DNA of 64,000 bases from Trichoplax adhaerens (GCF_000150275.1 NW_002060945.1:445872-509871); one strand, 5' to 3'. Counted from the stretch's first letter, positions 1 to 23,929 are shown. Numbers and translations are program-made. Notes: generated from the sequence alone by a model not told the origin.

Positions 1-420
1 GCTTCTGCTTATCCTGCTATCGATAAAACTCACTGCCGTACATTTTATGAAAATTCCAAGCTGAAATCATACACTAAGAGATTGATTAACATTCCCTGAT
101 TAGTAGTAGGTTAATCCTTGCTTTCTACTGTATCTAATACCTTGTTGCCTTTGGGCTTGTCCACTTCTAGAAAATTTCCAGCTTATGTCTTGAAAATTTT
201 ATTCTAGTCTATGACAATATTATTATAATCAGCTGTTGGTCGATATTTTATTTACAATGACAATGTACATGAACTTTTCAATGTCAACCAAGTTTCAAGT
301 TCATATATAGCAGGGTGGTTAACATAGGATGTTTTGAACTATTGTGGTCATAAATCGTTCAGGAAAGATTCCGAAAATAGAAATGATCATTCTGGTACTA
401 CTCAAGCTTGCTGCTGAGCA
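1..420 (+). pseudogene. Possible degraded class A GPCR fragment (TM1-TM3)
   Basis: Frame 1 reads LINIP*LVVG*SLLSTVSNTLL...TSRKF...ILF*SMTILL, and after a frameshift TIVVINR (NRY-like). It has several stops, and the call is a pattern resemblance only. Confidence 0.25.
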
Positions 421-862
421 AAGTACGCTGACTCTTAAGTGGATATTTGGAAGTAATGATGAAATTATTCATAAAGAATTACGTATGATAAATATCTTTG
501 ACCTTAATACGGAACTAATTTTAACTCTTGTCATCGCAGCCAATTGAAACTATTTTGTCAACTAATCTAGTATGTATGGACAGTGTGGTACCGGTGCACA
601 GTTCTTATTGACATTTTTGACATTCTTTAACACTAAATTATTTATTAAATAGATTTCACCCTCGTAATTGGACTTTAACGGTGCTATTTGGACATTGCAA
701 CGTGACCTATTTTTGTTCAATGATGCTACCATAATGACCTATTTGTCGTAAGGATAAATAAAAAGTAAGCATTAGCACTATTCCAGAGTAATGGAATAAA
801 TAAATATAATGGATCAAAGGGTAACGCCATAAGCTCTATCCTATTTAGTAACACAATCACTA

Positions 863-1059
863 CAATTCTAGGGAGAACTATGAAAGATCATAGAATCATT
901 TTATATATAGCTTATTTGTCCATATTAGTAGAGTTAGCATAATTTACAAATTCACTAACCAATATTATACCGGGCACTGTCATGACTGTGTAATACCTGT
1001 TATACAATTCTGAAGAGAATTAGTAAAAATCATAGAATCGTTTTATAGATGACTTATTT
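863..1059. repeat. Degenerate ~55 bp direct repeat
   Basis: ACAATTCT...GAGAA...AATCATAGAATC.TTTTATA.AT..CTTATTT at ~863 and ~1004. Confidence 0.6.
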
Positions 1060-4000
1060 ATCCTTTTGACCAATCAATACCACCATTACCTTTCGAGATA
1101 AATGGCAAAAATGAAATGCAATATTTCATGTACAGTGGAGAGCGCATATAATCTACGAATATAGCAACAATCGTCAAACCACCCAATGGCAAAAATGGAG
1201 TTACTGCTGTTCTATTCATGCTGTATTGAGCGCAATAATTGTACAATTCTCCACAGAAATAGCTAAATTATGACGTCGTGCTTTACACACTCTAATCCAT
1301 TACGTATTCTACTGGATCTTCTTGATCTCATTACCATACAGTTTCATTAAAGTAAAGTTTATGAGTATCATTGCTGTTTTTCTAGTATTACGTATTTAAT
1401 GTGAGAAACAGGAAAATGATTGCATTACATTAAAACACGTTTAAGGTATGTTCAGACGAGCGTAAGAAATCACCAAATGGATTTGTACGGCCATCGTCTA
1501 AACCATCAATGTTAAACCATGAAGTTCATGAAGAGTGAACGCACATGTTTTAAGTAAACATAGACTGTAAATTGATTTCTGTGTTTATTAATATGAATAG
1601 AGTGAAGCAACACTCGGGATACTTTTTAGATAGTTATTCATATTGACTGATGCCGTAATTGATTTCCATTGATCTTATAAGATTGCTGCATAGAGTATGG
1701 AAATAACAATGGAGTTTATGAGTCTCACGATGTAAATGCTTTGCACAAACTGAATCAGTAATAAAATTACTCGCCCAATTTTTCAATCATATTGATGACA
1801 ATATCGAGCTAGAAGACGATAGAGTATATTCCTATCCAGATCTTTATACGTATTAATTACGCTGTATTGCTCATGCTAGGAGTAAAAATGAGAGCATTTC
1901 TATGCATTCAAGTGCCTTTAAAACTCTATTAACAAATTCTGAGATATTGATAGAGCCATTTATAAATTGGTATACCGGGAAACGTGTCTACATCTATAGT
2001 GCAGCCCTAAATAAGCTGAACACTAAGATTGGCAGTTATAAGCCAAACCTAACCTTATGTATGTAATTAAGTGAAGTTTACAAGAAACTGTACTTCTTGT
2101 TATATTTTTGAGAAGACGCTTTATCACAGCATCCTATTCAAATCGATTTTTATCAATCCATTCTTGTCATATGTTTAATAGTTTAATTCTGTTTGATAAT
2201 TTTTGCTATCCTGCCGGCAATTGATTGCTAATCAATGCTAAATACGCTAAAAACCACCTGGAATAAAAACAAAATTAACAATTAAAATGCAAAGCCGATA
2301 TACGATAAATCACAAAGGAGGCGCCAATATTGAAATGAAAACATCTGTATACTTGATTATTGATTTATTCTATACTGCAGTATAATATAATTATAAATGC
2401 AAGCATAGAAAATATTTGAAAAATTCACCATGTATACCTGATACATACGTTCGATTAATTTTGCAGATATCATCATCAAATGACAAAATCAATTCAATAT
2501 GTTGCGTTGAATATTTTCAAAAGTTTAACACCTAACCATTCTCTATTATACCAGCTTTCACAGGACTACAATAAATACAATATTTAGGTCTTGAATAAAT
2601 AGTTGAAGCAAGACACATTAGCCAATTAGCAGCCAACTAACTTAAAAGTTAAAAGTTATCACTCTCCAATAGAATGATAATCTTGATGATCGTATAGAAC
2701 AAGGTTTACATCGATCGTATTATATTCTATACGTAGAAAGTGATAAAATTAATCAATGTAAAAACACCGTAATCCTTAATTGATATATATTACGTGACCT
2801 ACGTGATAGAGATATTTGCCAGGGTTTGCATACAATTAAGAATCTTATTATCTTAAAGATAGTAAAACACGTATTAAAAACGTATAGAACAACATTAAAG
2901 TTCTTTCGTTGGAGAAGATCACTAAGCACTGAAAATAATTTCGGAATTTAACACGAGATTTTCAAACATTCATGGCATACGTAGGCCAATTCCTATTCTA
3001 GGTAAAACTAATTCGATTTCAGGTTAACTTCTATAGTTCTATTAAATTAGCTTAATATTACCAGATTTACTGAAGAGGTAAGGATGATCAGTAAGATGAG
3101 GTTCTAGTCAATATAATTTTATCGCTTTCTTATACAAGATGACATTCCTTCAAGTGCCCAAAACACCTGGAAATGCCATGACTCCGAAAAATATCTTTCT
3201 AGCACAGTAGTCCTCAGAATAGACTCGAGATAGCTCTTGATACAGTATAGTAAATAAAGGTTAAAGAATTGAGTATACTGGACGTAGTAAAAGATATGAA
3301 TTGTCGTGGATAACTTTAAAGTATCTATCCGGTGTAGTTATTCATAAAATAATCCTGAAATAATTTCCTGGTACGGACGGAAAACGAGGAAAATTTAGTG
3401 ATGCTTTTCTCGTATTGATTTCAGTAGCTGTTGCGTCTATCTTGTGAATTAAACTAAGATTAATGTTGAATAGTTAGTTTAGTAATTGCAATTGATATTG
3501 TTGTAATTCTACGAAGCTAACGAAGGAAATATAGCAATACCATAAACTGAGCGAGACTAGTTATAGTCAACAACCTCATTTTTTCTTTCATGATATTTCC
3601 TTATATACTATGCATCAGCATTCATCTTTGGCAACCGATTGGTACATACATATATATATACTTATGAGCATAACTAGACTAGAATAATCCCAATTTCTAT
3701 CTTAGTACGCTGCAGAGCTTTGCAGACCATGAATGAAAGCAAGCCCATACCAACCCTACCTGCTGGTACGCAGTATTTTAGAGGAGTAATGAGTTATATA
3801 GCCCAGTTTCACATCCTTCAAGTGGTTACTTCACATAGCTTATTAAGGTAATAGCGAAACTCTACATAATAGGCGTACCAAAATGAACTAAATGTACATG
3901 TTTAATGTCATTTTTTACTGCTTAAATAGAATTAGCAAATACTAAAAATTGGTCTGGAAGTTAATTAGTAATAGATGTGGTATTCTTTCGTTATTGTTAA

Positions 4001-4399
4001 ATGGAACTTTTTATCTAGACATTGCAAATCAGCAAGCAGGAATTAAGAAACTCCGTGAAAAATTGATATTCTGATTCGTAGAGGACAATCAATTGAGAAA
4101 TAAAATGAAATTTTACAAATCATCAAAATTTAGTAAAAATTTCTGCATTTTCCCAGTAAAATCACTGATAAGATTATAATTTGTAGATAATTGTGATATA
4201 GATAATTAATCTTCTTTAAGAGTCATAAGCTAGCACTAAATCAAGGCCATATTTTAGTGCCATGACTTTTCATTATAAATTGATAATAATCTTAATTTGA
4301 AAAACTTATAATTCAAACTAAATAACTTCAGTAGTCCCTTGTGATAATTTAGCACAAATAATTATTTCATTCCGTGACTACCAACATATTACACACTTG

Positions 4400-7300
4400 T
4401 TAGTCCATTCTTGGTGGAGGTTTCGGTGGAAGTCCTCGGAGTGATTTTTTCCTCAAAACTACTGTTTCTTCCCCTTGATCGTCAACATTGGTGGTAATTA
4501 ATTTTTGACGATCAATTTGTGGCGGTGGTGCATATAGTTCATCAAAGGTAATCACGGCTGAGGTAGGAGGAGGTGGCAAATCTAAGAGGTCTTCCCCTTC
4601 ACCAGCAATATGACTCTCTGCGACGGATGGCTTATCAGTTTGTGAATTATAGCGTTTTACTGGCATTACATATAAATCGTCAAGATCCTGTTGTGTTGCT
4701 TCCGATTCAACCATGTTCTTTATTGGCATTCCCGATAACTTTAAGATAATTGTAATGTAGATTAAATAGGTTTAATTATACATTATTTTCTACATTAATA
4801 TTAAAAAATTATAAAGTACCAAAAGCGTATTCTAGATAGATTGTCTTCTACAATTGCTCATGTTATAGTTAAATAAGTCTAAATTTGATTCAAGTAATTA
4901 TCACGAGGGACTAATCGGCTGAAAGAGCTAAAAAAATTGACTGAATATCATAAGCAATTTACCTTTACACTGAGATTTCTATCTAATTTTTTGATGCTCT
5001 TAGTACGAGATTGAGATTTTACCAAGCCTTCAATAGTTTCAGACTTCTCCTTTTTCTCGCTATTTCGTTGCCTTAATTTACTTAACGCATTTTCAAATTG
5101 AAGATCTTGTTTTAATATCGCCAATTTAGAGTTAGTACTGCTCTCTTGTGATTGTTTTGCTTGAAAATAACTTTGCAAAGGGTAAACTATTATTTTAAAT
5201 ATTATAATTATTAATATTTATCCTTGCATCAAACCTCCCTATAATTATATATAATTATGATCATGATACAATTTAAAGAAGGAAATATCGAATAAAATAA
5301 ATGATCTTTATGAATAAAATATCCATGTAGGCAAAACTGAAAGTAATTACAATAACTTACTAAAGCAATTCTAACTCCGGTATACCATAGTTTCATTGAT
5401 GATAAATCTTCAGTACAGAATCTAATCACCGTTTTCTTTTTCTCATTAGGCTAAAAACATGATAACGTAAAAAATTGTATGGATATTCTCGACTATTTCT
5501 ATATATAAAACGGAAATTTTACTAAACAATGAGATCTTTATTGCTTAAATAAACTAATATTATCACACAGTTACCCATAAGCAAATGCAAAATTCAGTTG
5601 GTGCGTTATAAAGCTCGCGATGTTTTAACCCAATGAAAGGTGTATAGCTCTCGAATTTTATTAGGCACTGCAAATTCCTAGACGAGCCTAATAAACTCTA
5701 GTTATAACGTATTAAATTTCAATAATGAACGGAATGATATTAATATGGGAATGTAAAAGCAAAACCAATCCTGTATTAACGTTTCTAACTTATTGCTGGA
5801 ACTCTACTTCTATTTAATAAATAGCAACATTGGATAAAAGATAGCACTTACTTTGGATTTAGACTGAGAAATGTACAGCCCTGAAACTCTTAAGACGCAG
5901 TGATATTTCTTCCACGACTTTTTACCAGATCGGATATATAAAGGTCCGTCAACATCAGGCACGCGTTGATTGTTGCTGAAAAATTCCTGTGAATGAAATC
6001 GTAATTGTTGCTTAGATAATACTACCTTTCAATAAAATTCGTTAATTTTACGAGTAAATCTATGCTACGAAATAGCGACTATCCCAAATATCAATTTTAA
6101 ATATTATACAAATAAGTTCAATTATCTTATTTGAATCTAATACTATTACGCTCTTTGTATGTATTAATTCATCTCTTTTTCAGTTATTATGAATCGATCG
6201 TTATTTTAAAAAGACAGCATCAATTTTTAATAGGTACGGTATCTGTCGATCTTATAAATCAGCCTTTCCGTATCTGAAGGAAGCTATAAAAATTTCCGGA
6301 TATTTTTGAACGACGTATTGACAGTGTCAAGCTACACATATTCCAATTAAACAATTACTGGATAACTTTGGTTAAATAGCGTTGAGAACTATCGCATAAT
6401 GACAATATTTAACCTACGTTGAGCAATCTTTCTTTATCTTTTTCAGCAGATTTCTCAGCAGCTTTATCGGATCCAGAGGCTAATAAGTAATGCTAGAAAG
6501 AGAAACAATACGATTTAAGGTATTTTCATTAAATATTTGTTATAGATCTATAGCAAGCCCTCGTCATATATCACACAGATATATATATATACCCACGAGT
6601 ACCGATAATTATAGTAATCTGAATTTTCAAAGTTCTGTGTATTAAATAGCTTAAGTCTCAAAATATTTCATTACTACTGCAAAGTTAAGCAGAATAGCTA
6701 TAGCAGATATCATGATATCTGATTACTGAAAAAATCTATAATATAGCAATTATTGACAGTTTAGAATTACTATTTTGGTAACTGGCTAGAAATAAAACTT
6801 AATAGATATTACTCTAAGCTAAATAATAGAATAAAGTATACGAGATAACATATCTCAAATTCTGGTGCATCTTGCTAATATCTTGGCTATTAGGGTAATT
6901 ATATGTTTTCATCTACACATTTATGTTGCATAAATATTAAACCTGTGGATTCTTGAATAATGCATATTTATTGCTCTTTAGCAGAAAGTAAAGCTTGTTG
7001 TTAGAATTAACAGGCCATAGGCTAACTATATCAACCACAATTTGATGATCTTCGATATTCCTCTCTAGTAAAATGTACATGAAATTTATCAGTACCAAGT
7101 TTTTATTCCTGATAAGCTCTATTCAAACGCTAATGTTAACGTATTACCGCCTTTATGAGATTGAGAATAACTATGTGTTAGCTCAATAGTTAGCAATCAG
7201 TAAAGCCTAACTATCTCTTAGATATAATTTCTAAGGTACAAAATGTAAAACTTTTAGCAATAAGTTTCACAGAAAAATATCTAGTAGCAGTTGCATGATA

Positions 7301-10300
7301 TAAACTTACCCAAGTTCTGCTCGGTTAAATGCTCGACTAAAACCCAGCTAGGATCGGGTTTAACGTGACACTTTTCCATCATAATCAAGCAAATTTCGCC
7401 CGCTGTCATCTTATCGGAGATTAAAATTGTTTTACTGCTTTCATTAGCGCTGTAGATCTTGACAATTCGCTACATTACGGAAAATAAATCCATTATTAAT
7501 ATTTATAGATCATAAGGGTCTTTTATAATATCTACTGTAGAGTAATATGAAATGCCGTAGCTATGCAGCAAAGGGATCAGAAATAATTAGTTATTAGAGT
7601 AAGCTAACATGAAATAGCACATAAATCTAATACATTTTTGATATTGGCTATCTACTATAAAGTAATATCAAATATTGTAGCTATACAGCTAGCTCTAATA
7701 ATTTATCCCTATTTCTTTGCTGAAAGTTAATATAAAAAAGGGCATAAATTCAATACCTTTTGGACGTTGGCTTCTTTAATTTTATCCAGTGCAACACAAA
7801 TTTTTTCCTCTCGAACTCTCATCTCTTCTTCTGCCTATCGATATCAACTGTAAATGAACTGAAATCGACTATATATCATAGCATCAGTATCCTATTTTGT
7901 TGGCTTACCTGGGCTAATTCTTTAGCATCTAATTTTGTTTGAAATCCTTCTAACTGATCTTTAATTAATTGTGTTGTCGTAGCTTGCAATTCTTGTATAT
8001 CATAATTTAGTGATATTGATGAGTGCCTATTACTTGATATTTGATCTTGTTTGATATCACTCTGAAGGTTGACGATATCATTCAACATTTGATCCAAATC
8101 ACTGAGAGCCAGATTAACTGATTATCCGAATGATGAAAGAAATATATTTAAATCATATTTTAAAAATCGCATTTTATTCTTATAGATAATAGTGCAAATA
8201 GTTGTGGGCCTTTACGAACAGAAACTGATGTTGATATAGATAGAGTTGTATCTTACCATCAAATTGTGATTCATTTACATCCAATTCCTCATTTTTTTCG
8301 TGGTAATCATTCAGTAGACATAAAAGCGTAGAATTATATCAATTATCAACTAATTCAAATACCTGTTTGCAACTATCCAGAATCGATAGTCACAATAATT
8401 TTATTGAATGGAAAAACTTCAATTTAATGCAAAAGTATTATAAATTAGGATTCATTAATGTTATAATTTGTTTGTACTGTAGTTTATAATCTTTCTGAAA
8501 TTTTGATAGAAAATAAATTTTAAAATCTAGTTCTTGTTAGTTGTGAAATTAGAATTACTATATTCGATCTTTCTACATTTTTCAGCCTCTCATGCCTCAT
8601 CACAGTCAAAGGTTACTATCCCAGATCTGTTTTTAATGGGCAAATGGACATTAATCATCATTGCAGACTAACTGCAATAACTTTATCTAACTATAGCATA
8701 AGAATAGCAATTTTTCCGGGTTTAAATTAAGGTTGGCAGGGTCTAAACTGACGCTGTTGATGAATTCACCGTCTCGATTTTTAGCATATTGTCGTTATGA
8801 CAGCGTAAAAAATCTACAGCAATTTTATTGGACTGGCCGCCATTTCTGCTAGATTACGTAGATATGATGCGAATTATAGCAGTTGATGCTCGTAAAAAGA
8901 TAATTCTTCTATGATATACGGTAACACTAAACGGAGCTTATGCTACATATTAGTTAACCCTCTCGGTCTCGCGATCTTATAGCCATTATTGGGTAAAATC
9001 TAATCTAATCCTTATAAAATTTGGATGGCCATCCATTACATTTCCACTTTAATTTAATAATTTTTATAGCCGTAAAAGAAAACAATTCTTTCCTATTTTA
9101 GCATTAAATAGATTCCAGCCACATATAGGTGAGTTAAGTCTCCCCGTCTCTTAATATACTATATCATTACCATCAAAGCGTACAGTTCTAGATTTCTCAA
9201 CTGCTTTTTCTTTAAATAATCTCAATCGCATTCTATATAACTACATTAACTTGGTCTAGTCAAATACCTGATCTTGGCGTTTCTCGATATCTGAAAGTGA
9301 TTTTAAAGCATCATCTTCCGTTTCTTCATCACCATGAATTTCACTCTTGTGACTTTCTAACTGTGCAACCTCAGTTTCCGCTTGCAACTCTTCTAAGCTT
9401 TGCAATAGCGAGTCTAAATCTTGATCGAAGCTTTCTTCTTTTTCCCTATTGCATATATCATATATTTCGAAAGGAAACACTTACATATAATATCGAAATA
9501 GTAATCTATATCCAAAGCGCAAATATCAGGGAAAAGTTAATAGAGCACATTATTAAAGTCTTCGAATAAATATTGCGAAGTGAACTATATACTTAAGACA
9601 ATCACCAATTATCGAATATGCCAGAGCTTTTATAGTATTATCAATGTCTTTTATATGTAAAATAGTGACGAATACCCAAATTTTTAGCTAACGTAACGTA
9701 AAATTAGCTTTGTTATGAGTTTACATCATCAAATAGTCTTATAGTCCATATTTGAAAATGACAAATAGCTATTCCGATAAATAAGTGAAGTTAAGGCCTT
9801 GAAATGGGGATATATTATAGCAAATTGCTTTTTCTTTTATTAAATCTACAGTATATAGATTAAGTTTAGCAATCACTGGCTCAATCTTCATAACTATGGG
9901 TGTATACTAAATGTTGTCATTAGAACAATAAGATATTTAGCTTCAGCTATAGCGATATAATGATGTAAATTAATTTTTAATCAATAAACCAGTTGAACAT
10001 TTCGTTCGTGATACTTTGCGTATTTATAAGAAAATCTCTTTACAAATTAATCAAGAGAGATCAAAGATAATCAATAAAAATATCGGCAATGATTGATTAT
10101 ATCAAGCAAGATTTTCGTATTTGCAATTCATCGTCAAGCAAAATAGATCGAAACACAACCAGGCTTAATGTGCAGCCTGGTAGTAATCTTAATAGTTTAC
10201 ATTTCTATTTGATTTAAATTAACAAATCTTGCATCATAGTTTAAAATTAATCCATTGAAACGAATTAATTTAGATCAGTAAGAATAAAGTTAAAGGAATC

Positions 10301-10334
10301 CTTAGGATATCAAGATCTATGTATTAGCTTACAT
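4400..10334 (-). CDS. RAPH1: MRL-family adaptor (RIAM/APBB1IP - lamellipodin/RAPH1 - MIG-10-like) with RA and PH domains and a proline-rich C-terminus
   Basis: Firm exons: 7909-8117, 7757-7834 (EEKICVALDKIKEANVQK), 7310-7469 (RA: RIVKIYSANESSKTILISDKMTAGEICLIMMEKCHVKPDPSWVLVEHL), 6943-7064 (ERNIEDHQIVVDIVSLW...KYALFKNPQ), 6418-6492, 5852-5986 (PH: VPDVDGPLYIRSGKKSWKKYHCVLRVSGLY), 5575-5697, 5361-5450 (IRFCTEDLSSMKLWYTGVRIAL), 4963-5186, 4400-4738 (DLLDLPPPP, EVH1-type motif). N-terminal exon 9268-9445 reads EKEESFDQDLDSLLQSLEEL, and the start is probably AT|G split across 10333-10334/9445. No SH2 domain, so MRL rather than Grb7/10/14. The junctions 9268->8117 and 5361->5186 are unresolved. 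Confidence 0.9.
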
Positions 10335-12438
10335 CGATAAAACGATAATTATAATTGATTTTCGGAGGACGTTCAATAGATGGGCAAATATTCCAGAATA
10401 ACACGATTGGTCGCTACCGATTCTACGTAACTCTTTTATGAAAAATGATTCATTATTTATACTAAGCATGTGCATTAGGCTAGCTAGAAAGCCAATAACA
10501 AGGAAGACCTCATGTAGAGATTTGTATATGTTATCACTCCGGTTGGATTTTGGTCGCCGTCATTACTAAATGTGAATTTTACTAATAAGGATTATTACTA
10601 ATTAGTAGTTATTAAGGGCTCCGGATTAATTCATAATAGCATGCATAATTATATTGCCATTAATTGCCAAACAAGGAGTATTAATCGAGGGGAACATGAA
10701 CAGATTGTGTCTAATGACTCTAGATTAATGAATAAAAAGAACATATATACTCGTTTACCCTATCAATGTTTTGGCGAGTGAATGTGTCGAAATGAGCTAG
10801 TATTAGTTAAAGTTGCGTTGCTTAAGAAAATATCATCTCCAAGTTAATTTTACTAATCATCTATAAGATTGATATGCTAAGTGGCGAATAGGAGGTTCTA
10901 TTATTCTATGACGGCATGAATAGCTTTCGCTACGATTACTTCTCGGATTTAGGGCAATGTATTAATAATCGAGAACAATTTAGGATACGGTTTGATGATT
11001 TTTAATTAAAAATAAAGTTGTTGCTCTCGGTACTTATATCGGTTTGCACATAAATCCTCATCTACAGTATGTTTTTGTTCTGTAAATCTAACAAAGTATT
11101 TGTGCATTTTTATACAGTGCAGTATTGCTTAACCCCATACATTTACCATGGTATTAGTACGCCAAATATAAAAAATAATTTATCTCCTATAATTAATTGA
11201 TGGTACATATTCGGGTATGATATGATTATAGTATATAGCTGATTCGGCTGCTAATGTCGTTGATTTAATACGCTAGGGTTAAGCTATATTATAAGCTACA
11301 ATTTTTCACATCTTAACTTAATATAGACTTGATATCATCATCAGTCAGGCTATAATAAACTATAGCACCAAACATGTCGTTAAGTTATTGTGGTAAAGTA
11401 ACAAATTTGATAACAGTGATATGATAGTATTTAGATATTGTAATAAAAAGTTATGGCTGTATGAAACTTCATGTTAGCTCATTGCTCTACAATATGCGCT
11501 GTTCGATATCAATTTGATAGATTTAATCATAGGGTAAATTTATTCTTGCGGATTAAGTTTATGACAAAGTCGAAAATGAACTGATTTACCTTATTAGTAC
11601 ATTTGAAATTCAATCTATGTACATGGTCTACTAACTAATTAAAATAGTAATCGAAAGCACTGCATGCTACATCTTGCAACTATATATTATAAAGTATCGA
11701 AGATCATTATTACAATTACGATCAAAGAGGCCCTTGCGTTCAACTATGGTATGATACCTAATCATAACGACTAAATGATAAAGGCTATTTATTTGGATTT
11801 ACGTATCAATCAATGTTCGCATGATGCAATACTTACGTCATTCAGGCAAATCTAAGGTACCCTGTAATCGACAGTGATATTAAAATATGATAAAGACTGG
11901 AAGTACGAGTATGGGAAATATGGATTTGATTATATCAGAAATAATTGTAGAAATTGTAAAATAACCCTTTAAAATCAACATGGAAATTAATCAGCGTATT
12001 TTTATTTATATCAATTTGTCTCTACAAAGCCATGCAATCATAATCCTATTGCTATTGGCTGTCTAAAGAGAATCACGGGCAGCTTTCTATGGTAACATTA
12101 GTAAAGGTACTAGATAATGTTACCATTATTTTCGGCTCATATGGTAATAACTTCCGGTTGATATCAGCAACGGAATCATTAACAGTAACAAATTTAATAC
12201 ACCTTATACCAGCGTTTATAATAAAATTGAAGTTTTCTAGGAATTTTCTAATTACCCAAAATCTGTTCAAACAGTATTAAAATAGGAAAAAAATAGCTCA
12301 AGCGAATAAAGAATCTAGTCGTAGATATTTAACCGCGACTTTGTAAGTATATATTTAGGTAGCTCTAGCATTGTAATGGTATTTCTTTCAATATTCTTGT
12401 ATATTAAAATTCTGTACACTAACGTACATTTACATACG

Positions 12439-12500
12439 TATATATATATATATATATTATATATATAAATACATATATATATACATACATACATACATAT
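12439..12500. repeat. (TA)n/(TACA)n microsatellite, probably in the KIF5 3' UTR
   Basis: Read directly from the sequence. Confidence 0.85.
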
Positions 12501-13040
12501 TTAAAACCATAAAGAATTAAGCAGTATTGATTAGTGCTGTCAGATTGATAACAACAACCCTAAGATAAAAAAGTTCTTCAAAGAAGTTTTCATTGTGAGC
12601 AGCAGCGGATTAAATGCAGCCTCTTATCCCCATTTTCAAAATAATATCTAGTAATTGAGCACTATAAATTAAATCGCTTTGTTAATGAAAGTTTTAGACA
12701 TATGAATATATGAATCGCAAGTAACAACAGTTCATGAAATTTGCAAAGAACGCTATTCTAGCATTATTTAAATGAAAAATTTTCCCTACAAGGGTATCAG
12801 TAACAATTTTTTGCCTGATATAATTGTCATCATAAAGCAAGAAAGCAGACCAGATATTTTCTTGGACTAAAAATTATGTTCCTATTTAATAATGGTAATT
12901 ATATTTCATTGCAAGACACGCCGATTAACTTCACCAACCATCAAGATTAGCGGATTTAGTCATTTAAGCATTTAATTCGAATTAGCTTATTTTATCTAAG
13001 ATTGATTCACATTAGGTACCGACTCGTCGTCTGGATAACG

Positions 13041-22964
<9,924 letters not shown>

Positions 22965-23929
22965 CTTTTTTTTTTGTTGTTATTATACACGTAGTCTTTT
23001 GCCTTGTTGAATGATGGAAAGGAAGAGTTTTTCTTTTCTCTGTGTAATAATAAATTGAATTTAGCAGGGAAGAAAATCCCTGACCAAGAATATAATTTTT
23101 GAACAAGATTGGATAGAAATGGACTGCAAATTGAAATCAAGTTGAAGGTTGACACGCTGCTTGCTACACTGCTAGCTTGACTGACTGCAAATGGCTTCTG
23201 ACGAATTTCTCTCTTTAACACTTGGATTCTTTGTGATTTTTGTCAGCAGATAGACTCTTGACGATGTATATACATCACTTCATCAGTCATAGGATAGTAT
23301 TAAAGAGAAATATTGAGCATTTTATTCCAACTTGTTAAAGGCGGGCAAGGATAGAACCTAGTGAAAATACAATACCACTTGCCACTGAAGTTTGACTCTT
23401 GTAGTATGAAGTTGAGTAGGATAGGATAGACAAGTTTCAATGATCAATTGAGCAATGTTGTAATCAGAATTATTCTTGCAGCATCGATTGCAGCACACTC
23501 TAGCGCCTCCTCTCGCTACCGACCAATTTTAAAAAGATCGACTGCTAGTCAATGTCTACTCGGGTTGATTTTTTTTTTTTCCTCCGTCAATTCTCCACAA
23601 TGATCCTACATTACTGTGAAAATGAATTGAAATTGGGCTATCAAGGATTTGTTCAAGCCTAGGCTGAAAGCGGGACACTGGCAATCCTCCCACACAACGT
23701 CAGTACAGTAATTGGTGTCGTCCTCAGGTCCGATCACAATATGGTGCTATGACCGTGTTACTGGAGGTTGACTCGTCGAGTTGGCAAGGCGATTGTCACA
23801 CAGTCGCACTAAAAGGAGATTTTGCAGCGTGTGACAGACTGCCAGTAGCGTCATACTACGGACGGTGACACTCGACCAATGCAAACGACATTCTATGCGT
23901 GCGTACACTAGACGAAAGTCAGACTTTCT

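Noticed and set aside
23498-23518. CTCF-like motif (GAGAGGAGGCGCTA on the minus strand)
   Set aside because: It is a single partial match, and CTCF is considered bilaterian-specific.
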